Shown: positions 40,197 to 50,192, counted from the first letter of the stretch. The stretch: DNA of 64,000 bases from Nitrospirae bacterium JdFR-81 (GCA_002011735.1 MTOQ01000058.1:91-64090), one strand, 5' to 3'. Notes: generated by a model not told the origin, from the sequence alone. Program-made: numbers and translations.

Positions 40197-41164
40197 TAGA
40201 GTTCTCTGAGGAGCTGGATGGTCTCTTCAAGGGTCTTTCTGTGCCACAGTATAGAGACATGATTTACCGGAAGGTTATAATGGGCCTCTGCCCATGGAAG
40301 CACAGAGCTTCTGGCAGTAACGAGCAGGTCTCCTTTGCCATTGAGCATCTCATCAGGTATGACCCTTGAGGGCAACAGTCTTATCAGGGACTCGGGGATG
40401 GAGAGTACGGGCCTTGGATAGAGTCTTGCACCCCTCTTCCGCCATGCATATACCGTCAATATCTTCGGCCTTGTCCCACCAAAGGATAGATACCTTACAC
40501 CCTTTCGTGGTGAGTCATCGAGGCCCTTGAAAAACTCTGAGTCAGGGAGCAACTCCTTGAGGGCATTCCCCTCAAGGAGGTCATTGACATGTCTTATTAT
40601 CCTTGAGACAGCCGAGTGTGTGTGAGTAGGGAGTGCCCTCTTTATAATCGGATAGAGTGGCATGAGATAATTCCCGATACGGGAGAGTGAGCTTCCCCTG
40701 TGGGGTGTCGCTATGGTTATAAGGGCATCAACCCTTGTCCTCCGCCTCTGCATGAACCTCCTTGCTATGAGCCCTCCGCGGCTGTGTCCTATGAGGGCAA
40801 CAGGACACCCAGGGAAGAGCCTCTTTATCCTCTTCATCACCTGCTCCAGATCCCCCACCGCGACATCTATAGGCCCAACAGGCCTGCGCTGGCTGAAACA
40901 GACGAGATTAAATCCCTCTTCCTTCAGCACAGCCCACAGGGAGTTGATCCTGCGGGGTATACTGCCAACAGATATCAATCTCTTATTCGTGGCTGAACAT
41001 GGCCTCGGTGGGGTTGCGGCTATCACCCTGAGAGGGATGTTCTTTGCGAATACCTTTGTCTCAAGGGGGTTGAGCCAGATGTCCTTGTTCATCCCGAGAC
41101 CGTGTATCAGGATTACGACAGGTCTGCCGTTTCCGGCCTTATGGATGGTTACATCCAGATCCAC
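40196..41164 (-). CDS. Alpha/beta-hydrolase fold esterase/lipase
   Basis: An HG oxyanion motif (ILIHGLG) and the GHSRGG nucleophile elbow. Confidence 0.6.
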   Translation of the reverse strand: MDLDVTIHKAGNGRPVVILIHGLGMNKDIWLNPLETKVFAKNIPLRVIAATPPRPCSATNKRLISVGSIPRRINSLWAVLKEEGFNLVCFSQRRPVGPIDVAVGDLEQVMKRIKRLFPGCPVALIGHSRGGLIARRFMQRRRTRVDALITIATPHRGSSLSRIGNYLMPLYPIIKRALPTHTHSAVSRIIRHVNDLLEGNALKELLPDSEFFKGLDDSPRKGVRYLSFGGTRPKILTVYAWRKRGARLYPRPVLSIPESLIRLLPSRVIPDEMLNGKGDLLVTARSSVLPWAEAHYNLPVNHVSILWHRKTLEETIQLLREL

Positions 41165-41174
41165 AATCGTCCAC

Positions 41175-41648
41175 CTACAGTTCCTCTGCCAGGACCTTTA
41201 TGATCTCTCCGTCCTTGTTCAGATAAACAACCTCTGTTATCTGTGCGTTCTTTATCATCCTCCTGCAGAGGAGACATGGATGTCCATTGGCCACTGTATT
41301 GTCCTCCTCAAAGCCTGCTATATAGATGGTGCTGCCCTTCATCCTCTCAGGCGGGCCATTTATAATGGCATTCTGTTCGGCATGAACCGCCACACAGAGC
41401 TCATATCTTTCGCCAGGGGGCACATTCAGGGACTTCCTCTTGCACACGCCTGCATCAATACAGTTTGTCTCACCCCTTGGTGCACCATTGTATCCTGTAC
41501 TGATTATGACCCTGTCCTTCACAATAACTGCCCCATACTTCCTGCGCATGCAGGTTGAACGGGAGGAGACAACCTTTGCTATCTCAAGGAAGTATGTATC
41601 CCAGTCAGGACGCATGGATTTAATTATAACAGATTTGCAATTTATCAA
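41175..41648 (-). CDS. dCMP/CMP deaminase (ComEB-like)
   Basis: The zinc-binding HAEQNAI and PCLLC motifs. Confidence 0.8.
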   Translation of the reverse strand: MINCKSVIIKSMRPDWDTYFLEIAKVVSSRSTCMRRKYGAVIVKDRVIISTGYNGAPRGETNCIDAGVCKRKSLNVPPGERYELCVAVHAEQNAIINGPPERMKGSTIYIAGFEEDNTVANGHPCLLCRRMIKNAQITEVVYLNKDGEIIKVLAEEL

Positions 41649-41688
41649 ATGCTTTGTTAAAAATAATAAACTGTCTTGAGGAGGTCAT

Positions 41689-41925
41689 GTGAAGAAGGAG
41701 CTGGAGATTGAAGAGAGGGTGAGGTTGCTTGAGAAGGAGGTCAACCTGATCGGTGATGATATCGAGAGGCTGAGGCTTGATCTTGAGGAGACCGTGGACA
41801 AATTAAAGCTTGAGATTCAGGCCATCAAGATGACCCTTAGGGAACTCTTGCCAGGGTTCGAGAAGAGGCATAGTACTATAAGGGAGTCTGTTATAAGGGA
41901 GATCGACCCCGAAGACCTGCAATAG
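41689..41925 (+). CDS. Small coiled-coil hypothetical protein
   Basis: 78 aa of charged heptad repeats, immediately upstream of the DUF3786-like gene. Confidence 0.35.
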   Translation: MKKELEIEERVRLLEKEVNLIGDDIERLRLDLEETVDKLKLEIQAIKMTLRELLPGFEKRHSTIRESVIREIDPEDLQ

Positions 41926-41944
41926 GGTCTGATCCACACCTGCA

Positions 41945-42706
41945 ATGAATCCACTCGATATCTACAGGATACTTCCACGCATCAATTGTGGCGAATGCCC
42001 AGCGGGCACATGCATGGCCTTTGCCGTGAGGCTATCAGGGGGCGAGGCGCAGGTATCAGAGTGTGTGAAGCTTACAGAAGGGGCAAGGGACGAGCTCATG
42101 AGGATGCTCTCGGACTCTGAACCTGGTGACTGGAAGGAGAGGTATCTTGAGGAGCTCATTGATGAGTTCTCAAGGATCAACCTGAATAAGGTAGCGGATG
42201 GTATAGGCGCAGAGGTCAAGGGTGAGGCACTGGTGATAAGATACATGGGAAGGGATGTGATGGTGAGTGCATCTGGTATTGATGGAGGGCTTGATATATG
42301 GGACAAACTCCTTGTGTTGATGTACATAAGGAATGCCGGTGGCAGGAGGCCATCTGGCAGGTGGATTGCGTTCAGGGACCTCAAGGACGGTTCGATAAAG
42401 TCAGCAGGTTTCAGGGCCATGTGTGAAGAACCCCTCTCAAGGATGTTTGACAAAGATAGGGAGAGGCTCCTCAGGGCGCTCTCTGAACTTGGCGCAGAGA
42501 GAATCGGAGGGTACTCAACAGAGCACAGCTACATCATCCATCCCCTGCCGATGATCCCGTTCCTCATCCTTCTATGGCCTGCTGAGGAGGAGTTTGCCAC
42601 GCAGTGCAGTGTGCTCCTTGATGAGACCGCAACGGACTTCCTCGATGTGGAGGCACTCACATTCCTTGGCCAGGCGCTTGTGAGGGCATTGAAGAGGCTC
42701 TCTTAG
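41945..42706 (+). CDS. Protein with an N-terminal RnfB-like putative Fe-S motif and a DUF3786-like body
   Basis: The N-terminal LPRINCGECPAGTCMAFA resembles the CX2CX4C 'FeS' domain at the start of RnfB. Confidence 0.45.
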   Translation: MNPLDIYRILPRINCGECPAGTCMAFAVRLSGGEAQVSECVKLTEGARDELMRMLSDSEPGDWKERYLEELIDEFSRINLNKVADGIGAEVKGEALVIRYMGRDVMVSASGIDGGLDIWDKLLVLMYIRNAGGRRPSGRWIAFRDLKDGSIKSAGFRAMCEEPLSRMFDKDRERLLRALSELGAERIGGYSTEHSYIIHPLPMIPFLILLWPAEEEFATQCSVLLDETATDFLDVEALTFLGQALVRALKRLS

Positions 42707-43431
42707 TCCATGGTGGTTATGAGCGTGTTATAACCCTCCATGGCAAGGCCCCTTGCGAATGAATAGGCGCTCTGCCTGTCCCTGAACTCTCCGATCCTCA
42801 CCCTGTAGTATGTCCTCCCGTCTATATATGCCCTTGTGATATAGACATTGTTGTATTTAAACTCAAGCGCCCTCTTCAGTCTGAGTGCGTTTGATCTATC
42901 AAGGAAGGAGCCCACCTGTATGGTCAAGGGGCCTGATGAACCCACATATCCAAAGGAGACCTTCTTTGTATACCCTGTGTCCCTTCCAACATACTCCATC
43001 AACACCCTTGCCACACCCTTGTTAATAATCCCTATCTCCCTTGCTGCCCCGTATGAGAGGTCTATATCCCTTCCGCTGACAAAAGGCCCCCTGTCATTCA
43101 CTGTGACAATAACAGACCTGTTGTTTTCTGGGTTTGTTATGCGTAGCTTGGTGCCAAATGGAAGCTCCCTGTGTGCGGCCGTCATTGCATACATATTGAA
43201 TATCTCACCTGATGCAGTCGGCCTTCCGTGAAACTCAGGGCCATACCACGAGGCAATGACATATCTGGCACCTGTTGGATATACAGTGGGTTTTGGTGCA
43301 CAGGATGAGAGGAGCATGGACAACAGTATCAAGACAACAAACCACAGGGCCCCTCTGTTCCTAAGGCCCCTGCTGTCTGTGATCCTCTTTAACTGCACCT
43401 TGTAAAGCCACAGTCCCTGCAGACCGCGCAT
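42703..43431 (-). CDS. rlpA: RlpA-family septal lytic transglycosylase (DPBB plus SPOR domains)
   Basis: A lipobox (LLSSC), a double-psi beta-barrel (ASWYGPEFHGRPTASGE..TAAH..LPFGT..VTVNDRGP) and a C-terminal SPOR-like repeat. The true start is uncertain because the longest ORF overlaps the 3' end of nrdJ. Confidence 0.75.
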   Translation of the reverse strand: MRGLQGLWLYKVQLKRITDSRGLRNRGALWFVVLILLSMLLSSCAPKPTVYPTGARYVIASWYGPEFHGRPTASGEIFNMYAMTAAHRELPFGTKLRITNPENNRSVIVTVNDRGPFVSGRDIDLSYGAAREIGIINKGVARVLMEYVGRDTGYTKKVSFGYVGSSGPLTIQVGSFLDRSNALRLKRALEFKYNNVYITRAYIDGRTYYRVRIGEFRDRQSAYSFARGLAMEGYNTLITTMD

Positions 43432-45692
43432 CCTCCTTCGTGTTCCACTGCCCCACCACACTCAGGACATGCCCCGTAGATCACCTTCTTCTCCAGTACA
43501 GGATCTGAGCCATTGCCTTTACCCTCTGTCTGATAATACTTCTCGATGGCCTTTGCTATCGCATCAGAACAGGAGAGTATCTTTCCGTTATTCGTCCACT
43601 CAGGATTGTGACAGCTTATACCCCTCAGCTGTTTCACGATCTCAGGAGGCGCTATATTGCTCCTCAGGGCGAGGCTCACGAGCCGTCCGATGGCCTCTGC
43701 CTGGCTCGCCGCACAGCCACCTGCCTTGCCCATATGTGTGAAGAGTTCAAAGAGGTTGCCATCCTCATCCTCATTTATGGTCACATAAAGGTTTCCACAT
43801 CCTGTCTTCATGCGTCTCGTTGTCCCCTTGATCACCTCGGGCCTCTTCCTTGGTGTTATCTTAAATGTATGCTCGGCCACCAATCTATTATCTACGGCCT
43901 GCTGCTTCCTGTCCGCTGTCTGGAGGACCTGTTCCTCCCTCGAACCATCCCTGTATACGGTTACCCCTTTACAACCAAGGCCATACGCAAGCATATATAC
44001 ATCCTCAACATCCTTTGGTGTTGCATCATGAGGGAAGTTAACGGTCTTTGAGACGGCGTTGTCCACATACTTCTGGAAGGCTGCCTGCATCCTTATATGG
44101 TCAAGTGGGGATATGTCATGGGCAGTGATGAATATGCGCTTTATCTCTTCAGGGACTCCGTCGATCTCCCTCAGGCTACCTGTCTCGCTTATCCTCTCGA
44201 TCAGCTCCCTGCTCCAGAACCCCCTCTCCTTTGCGATCCTCTCGAAATAGGGGTTGACCTCATAGAGCTTCGTTCCTTCAAGCACATTCCTCACATAGGC
44301 GACAGCAAAGATGGGCTCTATCCCGCTTGAACACCCTGCTATTATTGATAATGTCCCTGTGGGTGCAATGGTTGTGATAGAGGCATTCCTGAGCCTCAGG
44401 TTCATATCCCTGTATATGCTGTGTTCAAAATTTGGGAATACCCCCCTCTCCTCTGCAAGCGCCATAGATGCCTTCCTGCCCTCATCCCTTATGAACCTCA
44501 TCACCTCCTTTGCAAGCCTTGAGGCTGCCTCTGAGTCGTAGGGGATGCGAAGCTGTATGAGCATATCGGCCCATCCCATCACACCAAGCCCTATCTTCCT
44601 GTTTGCCTTGGTCATCTCCTCTATCTTCTTCAAAGGGTACCTGTTTACATCTATCACGTTATCAAGAAAGTGCACACATAGGTGGACCGTCTTCCTGAGA
44701 CCATCCCAGTCGATACGTCCGGCAATATCCTTATCATATCTGGTTACGACATCTGTCCCCTGCGCCTTCATGCCCGTGGATTCGTCAGGCAGGACAAACC
44801 TCGCAAGGTTTATTGAGCCAAGGTTGCATGATTCATACGGCAGAAGCGGCTGCTCACCACACGGGTTTGTGCTCTCTATGTCTCCGAGTGATGGTGTGGG
44901 GTTTGCCCTGTTTATCCTGTCTATGAATATGATACCTGGCTCTCCGTTCTGCCAGGCGTGTTTGACTATGAGATCAAAGACCTCCCTTGCCCTGAGCCTC
45001 CTGACCACCTTGTTTGTATGAGGATTTATAAGGTCATACTCCTCGTCCCTCTCGAGCGCCTTCATGAATGAATCGGTAAGTGCAACAGAGATATTGAAGT
45101 TGTTCAATTTCTCATTATGATCCTTGGAGGTTATAAACTCTATGATGTCGGGGTGGTCAACACGGAGTATGCCCATGTTTGCACCCCTCCTCGTGCCACC
45201 CTGTTTTATGGCCTCTGTTGCTGAGTCAAAGACCGTCATGAACGATACAGGACCTGATGATATACCCTTTGTTGAGCCAACGATATCGCCCTTTGGCCTT
45301 AGCTTTGAAAACGAAAAACCGGTCCCTCCTCCTGACTTGTGTATCAATGCAGCATTCTTCACCGCCTCGAATATGGACTCCATCGAGTCCTCTACAGGGA
45401 GGACAAAGCATGCAGAAAGCTGGCCAAGCCTCCTGCCTGCATTCATAAGCGTGGGACTGTTGGGAAGGAACCTCAGTGATGTCATAAGTTTGTAAAACTC
45501 CTCCTCTATATATTCCGCCTCTGCCTGGGACTTGCCGTAGTTAAGTTCTGCCGATGCGATGGCCCTTGCCACCCTCCTGAACATCTCCTCGGGGGTCTCG
45601 ATCACATTCCCCTCCTCGTCCCTCTTGAGATACCTCTTCTCAAGCACCTTTAAGGCATTCTGTGTTAGACTGAGACCACTTATTGCCTCCAT
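43389..45692 (-). CDS. nrdJ: Class II (adenosylcobalamin-dependent) ribonucleotide reductase NrdJ
   Basis: 767 aa with the active-site NCNLGS and CGEQ motifs and a C-terminal Zn ribbon (CPECGGAVEHEGGCAVCRDCG). Confidence 0.85.
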   Translation of the reverse strand: MEAISGLSLTQNALKVLEKRYLKRDEEGNVIETPEEMFRRVARAIASAELNYGKSQAEAEYIEEEFYKLMTSLRFLPNSPTLMNAGRRLGQLSACFVLPVEDSMESIFEAVKNAALIHKSGGGTGFSFSKLRPKGDIVGSTKGISSGPVSFMTVFDSATEAIKQGGTRRGANMGILRVDHPDIIEFITSKDHNEKLNNFNISVALTDSFMKALERDEEYDLINPHTNKVVRRLRAREVFDLIVKHAWQNGEPGIIFIDRINRANPTPSLGDIESTNPCGEQPLLPYESCNLGSINLARFVLPDESTGMKAQGTDVVTRYDKDIAGRIDWDGLRKTVHLCVHFLDNVIDVNRYPLKKIEEMTKANRKIGLGVMGWADMLIQLRIPYDSEAASRLAKEVMRFIRDEGRKASMALAEERGVFPNFEHSIYRDMNLRLRNASITTIAPTGTLSIIAGCSSGIEPIFAVAYVRNVLEGTKLYEVNPYFERIAKERGFWSRELIERISETGSLREIDGVPEEIKRIFITAHDISPLDHIRMQAAFQKYVDNAVSKTVNFPHDATPKDVEDVYMLAYGLGCKGVTVYRDGSREEQVLQTADRKQQAVDNRLVAEHTFKITPRKRPEVIKGTTRRMKTGCGNLYVTINEDEDGNLFELFTHMGKAGGCAASQAEAIGRLVSLALRSNIAPPEIVKQLRGISCHNPEWTNNGKILSCSDAIAKAIEKYYQTEGKGNGSDPVLEKKVIYGACPECGGAVEHEGGCAVCRDCGFTRCS

Positions 45693-45755
45693 AATTGCCT
45701 CCTCATTTAACCCAGATAAATCTCCCCTCTATTTTGAGGTTCTTAGAAATTAAAC

Positions 45756-45767
45756 CACAATATATTG
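45756..45767. promoter_or_regulatory. NrdR-box-like palindrome upstream of nrdJ
   Basis: A perfect 12-bp palindrome ACAATATATTGT about 65 nt upstream of the nrdJ start. It resembles the NrdR operator core (acaCwAtATaTwGtgt), but only one copy was found. Confidence 0.3.
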
Positions 45768-45904
45768 TATATGTCAAGCAAAAAATGGAGGATTTGAAAT
45801 GCATTGATTTTTATGGCTTTTTGCTGTGGAAACGGGGTTGATGAAGTGTGGATAACAACAATTATCTGCTGAATCAGGTATAATGTGCGTATTCAGGAGG
45901 GGAT

Positions 45905-46816
45905 ATGGGTAGTGTGAGGATAGAGAAGGTCCCCTATGGGGGATGGGAGAACTGTGTCCAGATAGGGAATGGCCTTGTCGATCTGGTCATCACGACTGAT
46001 GTCGGCCCAAGGATCATCCGATACGGTTTCACCGGCAGGGTGAATGAATTTTGTGAGATTGACTCTACAATGGGCCTTAAGGGAGGGAACGACTGGAGGC
46101 TCTATGGGGGCCACCGGCTCTGGCACGCTCCTGAATCAAGGACAAGGACATACGAGCCTGACAACCACCCTGTCAGATGGGAGGAGATAGACAATGGTAT
46201 AAGGACGATCCAGGACGTGGAGAAGCTCAGCAGGATACAGAAGGAGATGGAGGTTACATTGTCACCAGGGGGAAGCAGGGTGAGGATACTCCACCGCCTG
46301 ATCAACAGGAACCCATGGCCCATCGAACTATCTGTCTGGGCACTCACAGCAATGGCTACAGGAGGCAAGGAGGTCGTCCCACAGCCTGATAGAGACACGG
46401 ACCTCCTGCCAAACCGCCTCATATCACTCTGGCCATACACAAGGCTCAATGACCCAAGGGTGTACTGGGGTGAGAGGTTCATCCTGCTCAGACAGGATAC
46501 GGACATAAAACACCCCTTTAAATTCGGCATACCCAATGAGGCAGGCTGGGCTGTATACTTCAACCACGGGCATCTGTTTATCAAACACTACACCCACCAT
46601 CCTGACAGGAGGTACCCTGACCTTGGCGTCTCGTATGAGACATACATCAGCCACTTCATGCTCGAGATGGAGACCCTATCACCGCTAACACTCCTGATGC
46701 CTGATGGATCTATTGAACACACAGAAGAGTGGGAGCTCTTTGACGATGTCAGGATGCCATCTGATGATGAGGATGAGGTGCAAGAGACCTTAAAGAGATA
46801 CATAAGGCATCCATGA
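45905..46816 (+). CDS. Conserved hypothetical protein
   Basis: A 303 aa ORF with a TATAAT -10 at ~45878. I could not recognise a family. Confidence 0.4.
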   Translation: MGSVRIEKVPYGGWENCVQIGNGLVDLVITTDVGPRIIRYGFTGRVNEFCEIDSTMGLKGGNDWRLYGGHRLWHAPESRTRTYEPDNHPVRWEEIDNGIRTIQDVEKLSRIQKEMEVTLSPGGSRVRILHRLINRNPWPIELSVWALTAMATGGKEVVPQPDRDTDLLPNRLISLWPYTRLNDPRVYWGERFILLRQDTDIKHPFKFGIPNEAGWAVYFNHGHLFIKHYTHHPDRRYPDLGVSYETYISHFMLEMETLSPLTLLMPDGSIEHTEEWELFDDVRMPSDDEDEVQETLKRYIRHP

Positions 46817-46953
46817 TCAGGTGTTTTTTTATGATAAAATGAAGTTATGACTGGAACAAGAGACAGACTCACACCTTATGAAAATGATATTATCGATAAT
46901 CTTATAGCCTATCTAAATCATCCTCTACGGTTCAAGGGACAAGGGAATGAGCG

Positions 46954-47166
46954 ATGAATTCAGTGATAGTCAGATCGCCGTTGATGGTTAAAGAGACAGA
47001 GAAGGCCATAGAGAGATGGAGTATCGAATCTGAACCAGAGCTGATGATCCACCCTCTGGTGGTTGATGCCGGTTCTCTTAAAAATACATCAATAGGCCAT
47101 GAAATCAGAAAAGGAGACATCCTGTGGTTGAGACATCGCAAGAGGCCGAGGATTCCCTCAGCCTGA
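46954..47166 (+). CDS. Small hypothetical ORF in an AT-rich islet
   Basis: 70 aa with no motif. It overlaps the next small ORF. Confidence 0.2.
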   Translation: MNSVIVRSPLMVKETEKAIERWSIESEPELMIHPLVVDAGSLKNTSIGHEIRKGDILWLRHRKRPRIPSA

Positions 47167-47530
47167 TAAAAAAGTTCAGGGGTGATCTCGTCTCAGAAAA
47201 TTACAGAGAGTGTGTCTCTGCGTTCTTTTATATCTCAGAGGCAATGGTAAAGTATATGCTTACGACAAAGGGCTGTTTCCCCATTTCTCATGAGGGCACA
47301 CAGGTGCTCCTTGCACAGCACTTTGTAAAACCAGGTGCTATAAAAATTATATGAGAAGGAAGGATGCTGACTATAAGGGTTTTGTGAGTTTTGATCTGGA
47401 AGATGTTAAAACATACTGGAGATGGGTGTTAGAGATATTTAATGAGGCGAAGAGATTCTTTCAAACCGGTCATTCCCTGGAGATAGGGGGCCTCCTTGAT
47501 GAGATCTCGATGATCCTGAAGCGGTCTTAG
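47124..47530 (+). pseudogene. Split HEPN-like ORF (Rx5H motif), two overlapping frames joined at ATGA
   Basis: ORF 47124-47354 ends in TGA, which overlaps an ATG at 47351 that opens a 59-aa frame (47351-47530) containing EAKRFFQTGH (R-x5-H). Together the two frames are about 135 aa, the size of a HEPN domain. Confidence 0.25.
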
Positions 47531-47576
47531 AGGCCCTTTTCCTTGAAAATCCCTCATTTTTTATGTATATTTTCAA

Positions 47577-48893
47577 ATGGTTATGATTTACAATCTCGTA
47601 AGCCTCATCGGTATATTCATACTCATGCTCTTTGCATGGGCGCTCTCAACCAACCGTAGGGTGATCAACTGGAGGGTCATATTCTGGGGTGTTGTTATCC
47701 AGCTGTTATTCGCCCTATTCATATTTGTCGTGCCTGCTGGCACCAGATTCTTCTTGTTCATCAATGATGTGGTGGTGAAGGTCATCAGCGTTGCAGGTGA
47801 GGGTGCGAAGTTCATCTTTGGAAGGCTCGCCCTGCCACCAGGGACAAAGAACGAGTTCGGTGAGGAGTCCCTTGGCTGGATATTTGCCTTCCAGGCCCTG
47901 CCAACGATAATATTCTTTGCGAGCCTGATGGGGGTGCTCTACTACATCGGTATTATGCCCTGGCTGGTGAGGCTCTTCTCAAGGGTCTTCACAAGGCTCA
48001 TGAGGATAAGCGGGGCAGAGTCCCTATGTACATCAAGCAACATATTCGTAGGCATAGAGGCAATGACAACCATAAGGCCCTATCTATTGAGGATGACCCG
48101 CTCAGAGCTCTGCACCATCCTGACAGCAGGCATGGCAACCATTGCGTCGAGTGTGCTGGCCGTATATGTGATGATACTCCAGAATGAGTTCCCGATGATC
48201 GCAGGCCACCTCATCTCTGCATCGTTCCTTTCGGCACCTGCTGCGGTTGTGATGTCAAAGCTCCTCTATCCTGAGACCGAAAAACCAGAGACCCTTGGGG
48301 TGGATGTGAAGCCCTACTATGAGAAGGAGTCATCCATTATAGAGGCATCAATAAATGGTGCGAATGCAGGGCTCAAACTCGTCGGTGGCATAATAGCCCT
48401 GCTTGTGGCATTCCTCGGGCTTGTCGCACTGGTCAACCTGATACTCAACTATGTGGGTCTGAAGGTGAACGCCCTGACAGGCCTCCACATAGACTGGTCA
48501 TTAGAGGGCCTGCTCGGTTATGTCTTTTATCCATTCACCCTGATCATGGGTGTGCCACCCTCGGATGCCTTTGAGATCGCAAGGATCATAGGAGAGAGGG
48601 CTGTGGTCACAGAGGCAAAGTCATATATGGACCTTGCCGTGCTCCTTGCAAATAACACACTCCATGATCCCCGCTCTGCATTCCTTGCAACATACGCACT
48701 CTGTGGTTTTGCCCACATCGCCTCACTCGCCATATTCGTTGGTGGCACGGCCGCCCTTGTGCCTGAAAGGACAACCGACCTTTCAGCCGTTGGTCCAAGG
48801 GCACTGCTTGCGGCAACACTCGCCTGTCTCATGACCGCCTGTGTTGCAGGCGTCTTCTTCACCAATACATCTATACTCCTCGGAGGTGGATAG
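47577..48893 (+). CDS. nupC: NupC/CNT-family concentrative nucleoside transporter
   Basis: 438 aa, polytopic, with CNT-family conserved segments. Confidence 0.8.
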   Translation: MVMIYNLVSLIGIFILMLFAWALSTNRRVINWRVIFWGVVIQLLFALFIFVVPAGTRFFLFINDVVVKVISVAGEGAKFIFGRLALPPGTKNEFGEESLGWIFAFQALPTIIFFASLMGVLYYIGIMPWLVRLFSRVFTRLMRISGAESLCTSSNIFVGIEAMTTIRPYLLRMTRSELCTILTAGMATIASSVLAVYVMILQNEFPMIAGHLISASFLSAPAAVVMSKLLYPETEKPETLGVDVKPYYEKESSIIEASINGANAGLKLVGGIIALLVAFLGLVALVNLILNYVGLKVNALTGLHIDWSLEGLLGYVFYPFTLIMGVPPSDAFEIARIIGERAVVTEAKSYMDLAVLLANNTLHDPRSAFLATYALCGFAHIASLAIFVGGTAALVPERTTDLSAVGPRALLAATLACLMTACVAGVFFTNTSILLGGG

Positions 48894-50192
48894 ATGAACA
48901 GATTCTTCAGGCTTGATGAGCTCGGGACCAGCGTAAGGCAGGAGGTAATCGCTGGTCTGACCACCTTTGTCACCATGGCCTATATCATAATTGTGAACCC
49001 AAAGATCCTTGAGGCAGCAGGCATCCCCTTTGGCCCCTCCATGGTTGCCACCATATTGAGTGCATTCTTCGGGACACTCGCAATGGGCCTTTATGCAAAG
49101 AGGCCCTTTGCCATAGCACCCTATATGGGTGAGAACGCCTTCATCGCCTTCACGGTCGTAAAGGTCCTTGGCTATAGCTGGCAGACAGCCCTTGGTGCGA
49201 TCTTCATCGGGGGCGTGCTCTTCACCCTGATAACCGTCCTCAGGATAAGGTCCTGGCTTGCAGATGCCATACCCGAGGGCCTGAAGATAGGCTTTGCCGT
49301 CGGCATAGGACTCTTCCTCACATTCATCGGTCTCAATGAGACAGGCATCGTTACCCTGGGTGTGCCTGGCGCCCCTGTGCACGTGGGAGACTTCAGACAG
49401 GCCACGGTGCTGCTTGCTATAGCAGGGTTTCTGCTTACAGGTATCCTGATGATAAAGGGCATAAGGGGTGCGATACTGATCGGTATCCTCGTCATCACAT
49501 TCGCCTCTTTCATCACGGGTGTCACACCCCTTCCTGAGAAGTGGCTGAGCATGCCTCCTGACATCTCACCCATACTCCTTAAGCTTGACATATCAGGTGC
49601 ACTCACATGGGGGTTCTTTGCTGTGATCCTCACGGTCTTTGTCATGGACTTTGTTGATACAATGGGGACATTGATAGGTGTCTCCTACAGAGCGGGCCTC
49701 CTTGACGAGAAGGGCAACCTCCCTGAGATAGAGAAGCCGATGCTCTGCGACGCCCTTGCAACCGTCGTTGCCTCGCTCCTTGGCACCACTACCACGGGCA
49801 CATACATAGAGTCAGCAGCAGGCATAGAGGCAGGTGGAAGGTCAGGCCTTACAGCAGTGGTCACGGCCTTTATGTTCCTCCTTGCCCTCTTCTTTGCCCC
49901 GTTCTTCACATCTGTTCCTGCCCATGCCTATGGCCCTGCACTCATAATAGTGGGCATGCTCATGCTGTCGCCTATTACAAGGGTGAGGTTCGATGACCTC
50001 ACAGAGGTCATCCCGGTCTTCTGTATCATCATCCTCATGAGCTTCACATATAATCTGGGAATCGGCATGACCGCTGGCTTCGTCATCTATCCCCTGATGA
50101 AGCTCATCTCAGGCAGGGTGAGGGAGGTCCCCTCAGGCCTCTGGGTGTTATTTGTCATGTCCGTGCTCTTCTTCATCTTCTACCCATATTAA
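48894..50192 (+). CDS. NCS2/AzgA-family purine (adenine/guanine/hypoxanthine) permease
   Basis: An N-terminal TGLTTFVTMAYIIIVNP motif typical of the AzgA/PbuG subfamily, 432 aa. Confidence 0.8.
   Translation: MNRFFRLDELGTSVRQEVIAGLTTFVTMAYIIIVNPKILEAAGIPFGPSMVATILSAFFGTLAMGLYAKRPFAIAPYMGENAFIAFTVVKVLGYSWQTALGAIFIGGVLFTLITVLRIRSWLADAIPEGLKIGFAVGIGLFLTFIGLNETGIVTLGVPGAPVHVGDFRQATVLLAIAGFLLTGILMIKGIRGAILIGILVITFASFITGVTPLPEKWLSMPPDISPILLKLDISGALTWGFFAVILTVFVMDFVDTMGTLIGVSYRAGLLDEKGNLPEIEKPMLCDALATVVASLLGTTTTGTYIESAAGIEAGGRSGLTAVVTAFMFLLALFFAPFFTSVPAHAYGPALIIVGMLMLSPITRVRFDDLTEVIPVFCIIILMSFTYNLGIGMTAGFVIYPLMKLISGRVREVPSGLWVLFVMSVLFFIFYPY

Noticed and set aside
45693-45904. Cobalamin riboswitch upstream of the B12-dependent nrdJ
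   Set aside because: The intergenic region is only ~210 nt and is shared with a divergent promoter. No B12-box-like element is visible. B12 riboswitches usually control B12-independent isozymes, not nrdJ.
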